Source: Sphagnum compactum
Taxonomy: Eukaryota
DNA length: 64,000 bases
Direction of reading: 5' to 3'
Assembly (NCBI GenBank): GCA_965153455.1
Contig: OZ234493.1
Coordinates: 2,418,001 to 2,482,000, forward strand
Both the position numbers and the translations under genes were made by a program. The notes beneath the pieces are model-generated. The model had not been told where the DNA came from, made no database searches, and worked only from the letters and a program-made list of their open reading frames with translations. Shown piece after piece: positions 26,500-38,539 of the stretch; the first letter of the stretch is position 1, and every line of letters starts with the position of its first letter.

Positions 26500-27380
26500 A
26501 TTTTGAGATCTTCAATTTGTAGAATTGTAAAAGAACTAGAGGTTTTGGCATCACAACCAAATCACACCTCCTTGGGCATTCTTTCCATTCAACAATCGAC
26601 TTGCAACAATCTATATGCAAAATTTTCATAGTATGAGGTGCATCATATGTCACCCATAGGTCAATTTCCAATAGTAACAACATGACACAATCCAAGAAAG
26701 ATATTGTTTATTAGAATCGTTCACATAGCATCACAAGCATGAAAAAACATGTTACTTATGAGCATTAAGTTGTTCTAGTTTGGTACAAAGAGAAAAAGAA
26801 GTTGACATATTAAGCTAAAGGTGGTCGGTTGAAAAGGGGAAAAAAAAGAAAGACAATGACTCCTACAACAATTCTCAAGTTTTTTAGCCAAAACCTTTAC
26901 AAGCCCAATGACCCTTGTCAATAAGGGTTCATAGAAGATTTGGTGTCAATGATTGCTTAAGGGGTATATGCCAATATTCGTGGTTGTAAATCCTTGATTG
27001 CGACTTCAAGATGTAGCAATGTCATAAGGTCAGATTTTAACAGTCAAGCAAGGTGTCAAGGAGCATATCCCAACTATGATGACTAAAGTGATGGAGTTGT
27101 ATGTGCTACCAACCATGACACATTGTGCAACAACCATTAATGCTATGTTTGACCTCTGGATGTCCAGAATAAAATTTTGACACATTTGCTCATATCGTTA
27201 ATGGTGAGTGGGTTTACAGTTGCCATGTTGTTAAGGTTGTTTGAGGCTCCCAGCACCTCTAAAACAACATTAGCAAAGCATGTGAAGTATCTTTCGACCG
27301 ACTATCAAAGTTCACAAACAAGATCATAGCTTATGTGAAAGGTGAAGGCACAAATTTGAACACCCTTGCTTCTTGCATTG
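26500..27380 (+). mobile_element. Decayed hAT transposase fragment (BED finger region plus N-terminal DDE region)
   Basis: Plus-strand peptides WAFF, SITSMKKHVTYEH, FIEDLVSMIA/KGYMP, MFDLWMSR, FDTFA and KIIAYVKGEGTNLNTL, interrupted by stops and frameshifts. Confidence 0.75.
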
Positions 27381-28257
27381 CCAAGCATATAATGTAAAAG
27401 GTCAAAGCCACTTCTGGGGCTCAAATCGACTACTTTTGGACTATATTGAAGTGCTTTCACCAATTGTCCTTAGGGGTTTAAGAACTATATCAGCAAAGTA
27501 CAACTATGTCAGAGAGCACCATCAAGGAAGCAAAGATGGTGCATCGGCAATTGCATCCATTTAATGCACTAATAAACTCATCCCTTTAATATGGTCATAA
27601 ACTATGGCTTGAGTATGGTCATAGACTACAGCTTTGAATATTCAACCACTGCACAGAAAAGAGAAGTTCAAAACACCATGCAGCCTGCAGTAAGACTCCT
27701 TGTACCCTTTTTGTGAATGCACTGTGCTTGGAAACTTCATCTGTTTAAATAGATGAAGCATGAAGTACAAGTCTCTACACTTGTGGGATGGTAAGAATTG
27801 ACAGCCACATAACTCAGATGAAGCTGGAATCTCTGCCTACCATGTACATGTACACACATGCATGGGTTCCACAGTCAATAAGATAAAACTTTCTAAACCA
27901 CCTATGTGACTGAACATCCAGAGCAAATGTGCTACATTGCACGCACCTCCGCACCTTGAGACATGAGGTTAATACTGCTGGCATCCTCAACATGGTCCCC
28001 TTTTGCTCACCATGTGATGGAGACCAATCTAATTCTTCCACAAAAGAATTCTGCTACATGGAAGAAGGCTTGTTGGCTCCTTAACAAAGCCCAATTTATG
28101 TACACTGCCCAGCAAAAGTATACACAGGCTTCTTATTCTCTCTGATGCCAGTCAGCATAGCTTTGAAGTCAGCAGACAGAAGTGGGAGGATTGTCTAAAA
28201 GAGTCCCATCAATCCAACAACAACCAATGTCCTTCCAGATGGTTGTTGTTACCGATG

Positions 28258-31200
28258 TCACTGGTTCGGTCCCCGCCTTTGAAGTACATATGTACCAATC
28301 ACGATTGCAAATCCAGTGATGGCAAAGGTGAAAAGCAGTTTATGCCGAGAGGTTGAAGGTGGAGAGGTCCGAGAGGGTGCTGACTGTGGTGGAACTTCCA
28401 AATAAGCAAGGCTGCCAGGTCCAGTAATACACTCCCTGAAAATGCAAGGCATAGTCTGGTCAGAACATAAACTTGCAGTTGCTGCTCAAGGCAAACATTT
28501 AGTTTTGGCTTTACTTTGCTAGTGGGATTTTGCAGATTGTATGTCTCAGTAGGTGTCTAGAACAGTCACCCCAAAGCCTCAGGTTCCATTGTTGTTAACA
28601 CCCGATGCAAAAAGTTCTGATGTATCCTGAAGGAATTTTATGGAAGAGATGAAAACAAACCTTGTAGAATCCTCATTTCCAGAAATTTCACCATGAAATT
28701 GCAAGTCATGGGCAATCTTCTCTCGAAGTCTCACATACTTCCCACAAGGTATGCACATCTCAGTTCGACTTCCACAATGGTCCTGTGGCAAAAGATTGAC
28801 AGATCAGTACATAGATCGTATCAACTGCAAGGAAGAAACATGCAATTGGCAAATGAAGCAGGAAATGTTCTCTTGGATAAATCCTGCTATTCCAAGCAAT
28901 GAGCCTGAACAAGAGATCCATAATGTGAGTCCTTGTGGTCTGAACACAATAGCAACTTTTGCAGCAAGAAACCTGGCCAGCTACATGGTATTTTCTAGAA
29001 TAACTATGGAAATCAGTAAAGCATCCCCATATCTAATTGTGAAACAGCACAAAATCAAAGGATACACCCATGATTATCAAAAGTCGGGGTTTCTGTAGTA
29101 TGCTAATTACAAGAGAGCTTGTGCAACAAAATAACCAGGGCCTCACACTGGTTATTGCATGTCTGAGATTTCAAGAGAAAAAGGAAAGGATCACTCTATA
29201 TCCTTGCTGTAATGTCCAAACTTGGAAGTGAAAAGATCTTGCATACATCCTATGTCAATGGCTCTAGAGCTAGGAGTTGCCATGTAACATCTTGCTACTT
29301 ACAGCATCCTATGTATTTCTTTAGAACATGTTGTCAAGGAAAGGGCAGATGAACGCACAGAGTGGGCATGCAGGTCAGCAGCAGATACTGGGAAATCACA
29401 ATAAACACATGCCACCATCCGCTGTGGGCATTTCTCATTCTCATGAATATACAACAATTCCCGTTCTATGCCAGCTCCACATTTAGAGCATGGAACCTGG
29501 ACATGAGTGAAGAGTTAACCAGACAACATCATACATTGACTCACACATGAATCTCTCATGTATCTATATTTGTACACTAATATCAAAATTTCAAAGTGTC
29601 AATGTATGGATGCTGAAAGAATACACATATGGCCAATACTCATCAATAGGCAATAACTGCATGTAGACTCTGCCCAAAACCATTGGTAGTAAGCTCACTT
29701 GTTGCTCTGCAACAACCTTAGAAGCACAAACTCAATCTCAACTAAAGATCTAGCCCTGAATAGAATACAGCTGACCCATGGGTGTAAAGTTTCCTGTACT
29801 GTGATCCTTGGATGCATGATGTGAGTACAAACAGAGCAAATAAAGGTTACAGAGAGGGGAAGGAGGGGTGGAGGGGAAGAAATTAACAAGGGCATGCAGC
29901 TCATTGAAATGCTCATCTGCACAAGTGCGGGCCACCATTTCTCCACATACACTGCAGCGCTCCAAGTTGCGCTTGCAATGCAAAGAATGCAGATTAAAGT
30001 TGGCTGTTGGCACATCCCTCTCACTGCCACCAATCATCACAGTGTGAATAATGGCAACTGCCAAGGTACCCTAGTGTAGAGCATCACCAACATGTCCTAA
30101 TACAAGTCTCTCATGGACATCTCTAGCAACTGACAACATGAAACAACCCACTAAGCCCCATGTGTGTTTCTGTAACAAGACAAACATAAATCTTCTAATA
30201 CGATTTGGTCCAAGACCATCTGGTGCCTGGTGGAAAACCCTCACCAACATGTCCTCATGCAAGCCTGTCATATACATCCCATAACATCAAACCACCCACT
30301 AAGCCCTGTGTGTATTTCGGTAAGAAAACAGACACAGATTTGAAAATATGGCTTGCCCTAGGTCATCCAATGTCTGAGTTCATGGCCAGAAACTGATGAT
30401 CAGATAGGAACATGAAGACATATGTATCCACCATGCACTGATCTTTTTGATGGACTGAAAGATGTTCTCCAAATCTCTACAATCCTATTATAGTGAGAGG
30501 TGGCAACACACAATTGGCAAACATACAGATTTGAATTAGACATGCTTGATTCAGAGAAACTGCTTGATGCACATCCTCATTTGTCCTGTAACCTCAGAGA
30601 CTTCACTAAACCACAAAATAAGCAGCTAGTTCCTCCATCAAAACAGATCCCAACTCCATCACTCACATCTGCACAATGGAGGTTTTACACAAAGCAATGG
30701 AGGACCACAGATCTGCACACAATCTAACCTAACCTAACTCATCACCAACCAAGAGGGGGGTTACTCATGAGAGACAGAAAGCTCAGGCAGTCATTCAAAA
30801 TTTTTAAGAGAAGATAAGCTGAAATGACAACAGTCGCCAACATACATTGCAGCTTGTATCCTATACCCTGTACAAAATTAGCTTTCAGACTTGTGAGTAT
30901 AAATGGCATGCAGTCTTGTAGCTATTATGCTTGACACTAACTACTAATCTCTGGCCCCCATGAACTTGCAATTTCAATCTGGGAATCCACATGCTCCTCC
31001 ACACAGTGATGCACTAAACTGTTGTGGTGCACATATACACCCGTCCCAAATTTTTTTGTTTTGCACGTCAAGATTGCAAATAGACGTTGATGGGCCGGCC
31101 ATATTTTTTTCTGGATTATAAGTTCAAAAACTACTTGGAAGTTCAAGAAATTCTCAATACCACGACGGATGCAAAAGATCAAAAAACACAATCCGCCCGA

Positions 31201-31464
31201 TCCTCGAGATATTCCAAGCCCTTAGACCAAAAGGAAAAAACAGAGGGAGAACACCGGGAATACGCAACCGGATGCAAAATTAGGCTTCTGAGGAAACCTA
31301 CACAGACCCCAGAAATCCAGAAGAAAAACACAAAAAGACAATCGAATATAGGAAAAGCTTAAGCCGGCTGTGCCAAGGTTTTTTGTATGTGATGCACATC
31401 GGGGGGGGACATACCAGTGGGAACAGAAGACAAACGAGGCAGTGTCGACGTCCTTGGGAGCCAT
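28258..31464 (-). CDS. TRAF-type / XIAP-associated-factor-1-like zinc-finger protein with a C-terminal transmembrane anchor, 207 aa. Exons 31464-31415, 30023-29888, 29496-29359, 28782-28661, 28435-28258
   Basis: All junctions are GT-AG and in phase (624 nt total). Spliced protein: MAPKDVDTASFVFCSHCERDVPTANFNLHSLHCKRNLERCSVCGEMV...VPCSKCG...HENEKCPQRMVACVYCDFP...HSDHCGSRTEMCIPCGKYVRLRE...KLLFTFAITGFAIVIGTYVLQRRGPNQ*. Recalled similarity to Arabidopsis At1g09920-type proteins. Confidence 0.92.
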
Positions 31465-31726
31465 GGTCCTTGCTTTACCTATTCTCCTTTCCGATGATAG
31501 CTTCCCCCGAAAGGACGGATGGACGGACGGGCGGACGATCTCCTGAAGAAGAAGGCAGCAATATCTCTAAGTAGGCGACTGGAACAGTGTGGTCGCAGAA
31601 GACAAGCGTGGGGCAATTGAAGAGGCCTAGAGAGAGCCAGCCAAAAAAAAAATTTTTGGCTTCCCGTGGGTTGTTGCTCTTCTCCTAGGTGAGAGATATG
31701 TCTGTTGCGGTGTGGGATTTTGCTCG

Positions 31727-31770
31727 CGTGCGTGCGTGCGTGCGTGCGTTGTGAAGAAGAAGAAGAAGAC
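31727..31770. repeat. (GCGT)n and (GAA)n microsatellites near the 5' end of the zinc-finger gene
   Basis: Directly visible. Confidence 0.8.
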
Positions 31771-32519
31771 ACCAATGGGGGGAGTTGAAGAATGTGATCC
31801 ACACTACGCGGCGTCTTCGTACTCCCCTTCCCACAACGCCTGTCTGACCGGGGCTTGCCCGGGCTCATCTACCCTGCCAGGGACCTGGACTTCAATCAAG
31901 ACCTGGGAAGAAATTTCGGCTAAAGGCTCTACTGCCCGGGAACCTGGACTTCAAGACCTGGAAATTTTGTGGCCCTTCATGTTTTTATCACGGCGGTTCT
32001 TACGATTCGTAAAAACCTTGGAGAAATTTCCTAGTGTAGGTTTAGACCAGCTGGTGACCAAAAACACAAACCACCAAACCATTACCAAACTCGATTTTTA
32101 AACATTCAAAAAATTCCTTGTATGTTACTCTGTTGCCATTGGAGTTCAAAGACAATCGAATTGTCGAACTCGACTTCAGATGATACTTTTATAACACTTT
32201 AAATCATCTAAAATGAATTAAAAAAAATAAAATGTTATGAGATTTGAAAGTAGGAGGGGTCCAAAGAGAAAAATAAATAAAAATTCAAAAAAACACGTTT
32301 TGTAAGTTGGAAAGCTTATTTTTTTTCTTCTTGTTATTTTTTCGTTACTCCTTTTGATTTGCACTTCAAAGATGATTTCAAAAGTTTTGGTGCTTCAAAG
32401 ATGATTTCTAGAGCTTGAGAAAGTTGGAGCTTGAGACCCCCTCTCCCCCCCCCCCCCTATTAAGGATTAACACATGGAAGGAACATTTCTTAGGGTTTAA
32501 TGCAATAGTTCTACAGTTT

Positions 32520-32975
32520 ACATAGAAATTGCTTCTTTGTTAGAGCCCCCCCAAAAAAAAAAAAAAAAGTTTAAATCACCACAACCTTGAAATTCTTTCA
32601 TGTAGACCCCCAAAAAAAATTCATCGCAACCTTTGAAATTGCTTACATGTATGTAGACACACAAAAATCTCATTGAAACCTTGAAATTAATTTTTTCTTC
32701 CAAACCCACCCCAAAATATTCGATTGCAACCTTAAAATTGTTTCATGTAGTAGCACTACTACTAGTACTAACAAGACTTCAAAAGTATTAATTATTTCAT
32801 TGGAAACCTTTGAAATTGTTTCATGTAGTAAGATCCCAAAAATAATTCATTGGGCACAAAAACCTAAAATTTTGTTTCATGTAGACCCAAAAATAATATT
32901 TAATTGGGAAAGCCTTTTGAAAAAAAATTCATGTAGACCAAAACTATTTCAGGCAACCCTGTGAAAATGTTTCGT
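32520..32975 (+). repeat. Degenerate tandem array of about 9 units, mostly ~45-55 bp (core CCTTGAAATTGTTTCATGTAGACCC-A(n)-TTCATTGCAA), upstream of the WD40-like gene
   Basis: The TTCATGTAG core recurs near 32597, 32742, 32820, 32876 and 32928, with related variants in between. Confidence 0.8.
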
Positions 32976-32980
32976 GAATT

Positions 32981-32995
32981 AACCCTAAACCCTAA
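32981..32995 (+). promoter_or_regulatory. Tandem telo-box (AACCCTA-AACCCTAA)
   Basis: AAACCCTAA at 32987-32995, about 100 bp upstream of ATG 33099. This is a known plant proximal-promoter motif; function here is inferred. Confidence 0.55.
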
Positions 32996-33098
32996 AAGTG
33001 GACCACCCCACCCACCACGCACTCCCTTGGTACCGGAAAGCCCGCCATACAAACTGGATCCTTTCTTTCTGATCCAGTTCTGAGAACTGTGGGGGCAA

Positions 33099-36000
33099 AT
33101 GGTGCGAGTACGCACCTTGCAGCGAGCTGCGCTGCCATCCGAGCTTCTCCATCACGTGTCACCAGCCTCTTCCCACTCCCGTCGTGTTGCGACAAACGTA
33201 AGAACACCCTAAACACAAAAACACAAGGAATTGGGTGGTGGATTTTTTGTTGCAGTTTCTGTGCACAGAAGAAGGGTATCCTGTTCCCCAGGAGCACCCT
33301 CACCAATTAATGTAACCACCTACCTCGCTTTCTGGTCAAGCTGAGTTCATTTCTCCGGTGGTGATGTGCCATTAGGGGTAACTGGCATGAAGACATGGTT
33401 CAAAAGACATGATGGGCCTCTCGACATTTCCCCTCTTGTGCATGAGTTATTTATTCATTGCTGTTAGGGTAGTTGTCACTGGGTAAGGTAAACATCTTGT
33501 GAAGGTCGAGTGGGTTTTTTGGGTCATTTGGGGGCTGCAGGTTGCAGAGAATGGGGAGGATTGCACTATATATATTGCATCTGGAGTGCATGTATATGGC
33601 ATCAAGGTATAAAATCATTCTTATTGTGTTATCTGGTAGTTTCTGATGCCATGACTGAGTTCATCATCTCCATCTCTTGAAAGCAGATAAGACACATACT
33701 GTATAGTTCAAAATTTTGGTGATGGGTATCCTGATTAATGACTATTTTAGAGATATGTTGGATTCTGTTTTCAGTTCTTAAGGAATTTGCTTGCATACAG
33801 ATTGAGCTCAGAGAGACCACTGTTGAGGCAGGCAAGGAGGACATGCTGATTCCTGTTGATGGCCAAGTATGGCACCTCCTTTCTCTCAACTTGTGTGCTG
33901 TAGATCAGCGCCAGGAATGCAGACATGTTAAATTGCAGAACTGTTAGTCATTTGAAATCTTGGAATTGGCACTCATAGCAGATAGTAAGCTAGACTTTTG
34001 AAAAGTCTTTGAACATTGAAGACCATTGCTGTGCCAATCTTTTTATGGCAGCTATGTCTTTTAACAAATATGTGCTCTTTGGCAATTTGACAAGAATATC
34101 ACTTCCTTGGGGATGTTGTAATGTTGGGGTCTTGATGTTGGGGCCTGATTCTTGAGAGAGTTAGAGCTCATGTTTGCACTGCAGAATTTGGCAGTGAACT
34201 TGCATGGTTGACACGAACCCTATTTCACATTAACACGAGTTTTCAAACTTTGATTCTAGGTAGCAGATGCATGGCAGTTGCAGCAGTGTCCTCATCGGGC
34301 TGAGATACAGAGCATTGCTCTGTCTGCATCTCAGAGTGAGCACCATTTGTAACATTTTCAGTATGGAATTTGTCATCACAGGCTCTGCTTCAAGACATTG
34401 AACATTTTGCATGAAGTATGGAACATGATTGTTGTTGGGAGTCCTATATAGTCTGAACTTCACAGACAATGAATCATTGCTCAAATGTTTTTATCAAATG
34501 ACATTTGGGTTGCATATTGCTAAGTCATATGGGTACAGAATTGTGAGCATATTCAGAATATTCAAACCACATCTTCAGAGGTCTTGTTTTTTTGGTAGCA
34601 TCATTCATTGACCTTGGTGAGTGTAGATGATGGAGGGGTCTTACTAGGCTCAGTTGACTCAAATGGCCACCTGGTTGTCACCTGCCTTGACTCCACCACC
34701 AGCAGAGGTACCATCTCTTGTGTGTCTGAAAACCTGTCTATTTAGTGGGAGTGGCTTGATTGTAAGTTAAGATGAAGATTTTTAGACAATGTTTTTGTAT
34801 TCTAAATTAAAGTTGAGGGAGACAAGTAGCCGTGGACCTCAATGTAGGAATTCAACCTTTGTTGTTTCACAACACTGCAGGAGCCTCATACACAGCAGGT
34901 CCTCAGGATGCAGGGATGGGTGAAGGCTGGTGGGCTGGCATTGTGTTCAGCCAGAGCCATCTGGGTTTGGTATGTATTTGGCAAAGTTCTGGAGTATGTT
35001 CTCAAGATTGATAATCATTGCTTAATTCATGTGCTGAATGCATGATGGCTTGAAGTATGGGTAAGATCTGTCAGGAATGCTGCTTGAATGATTTACCGGT
35101 TCATGAATGTTACACAGAGTGTTGCTATAGGGCATGCCAACCAAAGTAACTAGTGGCTATGATGCGTTATGATGCAGGCAGCAGTGGCAAGGGGCATGGC
35201 AAAAACTATTGATTTTTATGACAAAGACATCCATGTATGCACCTTGCGCACGTAAGTTTGGTAAGCTTTGGTCTTTTCTTTTTATGTAGGTGACATCTAA
35301 TCACTAAATCTGAAGTTGCAGTTTACTTCAACACCATTTGCTCATTTCTTTTTGTAAGTTTTTTATAGCATACCCTGCAACAAGTTTTTTGTAGATGAGC
35401 TTGGCGACTCACCTGCATGGTGGCAAATTTTAGTTCAGCTACATTGAGGTAAATACATTTGTGAGGACACTAGCAATTGTGTATAATTTTAACAGTCTGA
35501 TATTCTTGGTGAAGGATAACAGACTTCAGCATCCAACATCCTTAACATTTTTGTATGGGTCAGGCTCCGGTGACAATCCGCCACTGTTGGCAGTCACAGA
35601 AGGTCCTCAGGTAATTCAAGGACTTAGTTGAAGTGTGCTAATGGCTACTACATACATGAATTCAATCTCCTTGAACTGTCAACTGCTTTATCACAAGCTA
35701 CTCATCCAAACTGGGTGCAGAGTCCATGCAGCATGATCTCTGGTAAGCAAAGTCTATTGAGTACAATGTTTACACCTAGCTCAGTACTGCCTCTGGAGTG
35801 CCCCTCACATTGCTTAGAGGAGGCACTTGATTTTGCAGGTCAGTATTTGGGACATTAGGCAGGGGGAGCGAGGTGGTTGTGTGCACCGACTGTTTGGTGC
35901 TTCTTCTGGGGAGCCATTGTATGCCATTTCTAGTTCCTCTGATGGACTTGTTGCTACAGGGGGTGCTGAGCGCTCCATTGTGGTCTACGATGCCTACAAG

Positions 36001-37173
36001 TGAGAATTATCCTTGTTTAATCAGGGTAGATTACTTTGGCATCAGTGAATAACCATAAAATCATCCTGGAGTATGATGTGCTTTTGACCTATAGCAACCT
36101 TGTTTTTATTGGAGGTATTGCAATGTTTGAACAACAACCCCAAGAAGGATCTTATGCTCAGTAGCTTGGCAATCAGGTTTTTGGTATGCCAGTTGCTGTC
36201 ATATGTATGCAACACACCAATTGATTACTTCATCTTGCTGCGTCTGTAAATACAGGTGGACTGCGAGGTCAAGATGGACCAATTGCCTGAAGTACGAGGT
36301 ATGAGCTACTTATCTGATGACAAAGGCCCATAGTGATCACTTTATGGGATGTTTATTTCTGTGCAAATCATACCACTTCACTCTCACTACTGTCAGAGGG
36401 AGAATGTAGTATTCTACTATTCACCCATATACTTGCTGACTGGTTCAATCAGATAAATGGGCTCTTTTTCTCAACTGCTGATCCAGGCCTAATTTATGTC
36501 CATGGAATAGACTATGAGGTATGGTCCAACGCATTCACTTTGCTTCACCTTTAGGAGATATTAGTACCAGTCATGCATGGTCATCATTGAAGCTGTGAGG
36601 ATGTTGCTGTCCAGGTCTTTGCAATTGAAGTGAATTGAAGTTGCATTGATAGTGTTTTTTGTGTTCCTTTAGGTGGGATACTTGACTTTGATGTCCTTTT
36701 TGGTTAAGTGAAGCTGGAAATCCCCTGGTGTTACTACTTTTGATGATGCATTGTGAGTGCATACTCTTTTCTAGAGCAAAAAAATTTTGTTTTGTGAATG
36801 TGCTGTTGAGGCAGGTGCTTTGTGGACCATGGAATAGAGAAAGCAACCAAGGCAGCCTTGAAAGCACCTTCACATTCCGAGGTGACTCACGCTGGCTTGG
36901 AGTTGATAAAGTATGTGTGATCTCCCTTTCTGGAGTTCTTTCTAGAAACTGATGGGTTCTTCTGCTTTCCTTTAGTGTTGATTTCTGTGCATTCCCAGTT
37001 TTGACACAGGGATATCTCAATTGTTTAAGCAACATCCCCTGTAAGTACTACTTATTCTCATCCTCATGGGTCTACCCTGTATTGTGGTTTGCCAGTGTTT
37101 GAACATGGATGTACTAGCTGGCTGGTGCGAATCTGGCACCATTTTTGCAGGTCACATAGCGGAAGGAATATAG
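33099..37173 (+). CDS. Conserved plant WD40/beta-propeller-like protein, 360 aa. Exons 33099-33197, 33541-33606, 33801-33866, 34260-34335, 34627-34707, 34881-34969, 35178-35251, 35523-35610, 35839-35999, 36256-36298, 36453-36518, 36815-36910, 37096-37173
   Basis: All 12 introns are GT-AG and the phases close exactly (1083 nt). WD-like strands: CPHRAEIQSIAL, LLGSVDSNGHLVV, LAVTEGPQVSIWDIR, LVATGGAERSIVVYD, FRGDSRWLG, VLAGWCESGTIF. Confidence 0.9.
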
Positions 37174-38539
37174 CTTGGTCATGGGCTTGTGAACTTGCTC
37201 AGAGTTTGCAGAAGACCTTATATGATGGACCAAGAGGATGGTTGGGTAATGAGGAATTGAGGGCAGTGTTGTGTGACATATCATGCAATGCCTCTAATTG
37301 AAAACAAGGTACGCTGACCCTTGTTTTGGTAATGTGCCTGGCATATGAAGAGATTTTCAAGAGGATTTACAGCTTCCACATGGCAAATGGTCTTCCAAAG
37401 TAAAAGAGCATGCAATTTTTCAGTGAAGATTTCAAAGGATTATATATGTCATTTATGCAGTTGAAGAGTTTGAAAGTAGATGAGTACTCACAGCCAAAAT
37501 GTTGTGGGTTATTTTCCTGGACATCCACAGACATGCTTTTGTACAATATCTTACACATGCATACTGTCCATCTTGTCCAACTATGCAGTATAAATGTTCT
37601 TTGGTACTGCCACCTTCCTCCATTTTGCATCGATCTTTTTGGTCATGAACCATGCATACGCTGAGTGTAAACATCAGGAGACCAGACATTCCACAGAACT
37701 TTTCGAAGTATCTAATGTTTATTGTACTTTCTTGCATGATCTGCAATTGTTACTGTCACATGTACTTTACATTATTCTTTTTGACCTATTTCTGATGCTT
37801 GTTTTCTAGTAGAGCGTATTTTCCTGAGATTAGGTTCAAAGAAATGACACAGTAGCTTAGCTCTCAGAAGCATTTGCCAATCTGTCATACCTGTTGTCTA
37901 CCAGCTGAAGTAACTGTTCTTGCTGCAAGGAAGTTACTAGGAGATAAGACTTTGAATTGTTGATGAGTAGGTCAGTTGCGAAAGCATTGAACTGCGAAGA
38001 AGCATGAAATGAAGATTCAAGGTAGGCTTTTAGGTTGCAACAGCTTTGAATTGGCAGCTGGTTATGATATAGAGATGAGGAGTGGAACTAATTCTCACCC
38101 ACAACAATACTCTACAACCATTCCATACAAAAGCATGAGTGCGAGATAGAATGGGTGATTTACTATTTGGTCTAAGGTTTAGCTATGGTTTAAGATTAAG
38201 TGATCTTCCTATCCCCATTTCCTTTGAGCTGCAGGTGGCGATATCTTGATGTGAATAGGGGTCGTGATATATATCATAGTGAACTATTCGAGGTGCCCTT
38301 CAAGAGAGGGTTTAGTTTGTAGGTAATCTTGCTTTGGTTGTTACCTATGTTCATGCGAATTTGATCACCTTGATGTTGAGGAAGGAATGTAGTTCTTGCA
38401 AGTCTTTCATCTCAATGTTTTGCTTCAAAAGTTTTTTCAAATTAGAGAAGTTTGAATCACATTTTTCTTATGACAATGAAGCTATCAACATAAATGACTA
38501 TGTTTACACTTTTGTTACCTATCTTTTTCACATAGAGTG

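Noticed and set aside
32520-32975. Repeat-spacer appearance suggesting a CRISPR array
   Set aside because: Units are degenerate throughout, the spacers are related to each other, there are no cas genes, and the context is eukaryotic.
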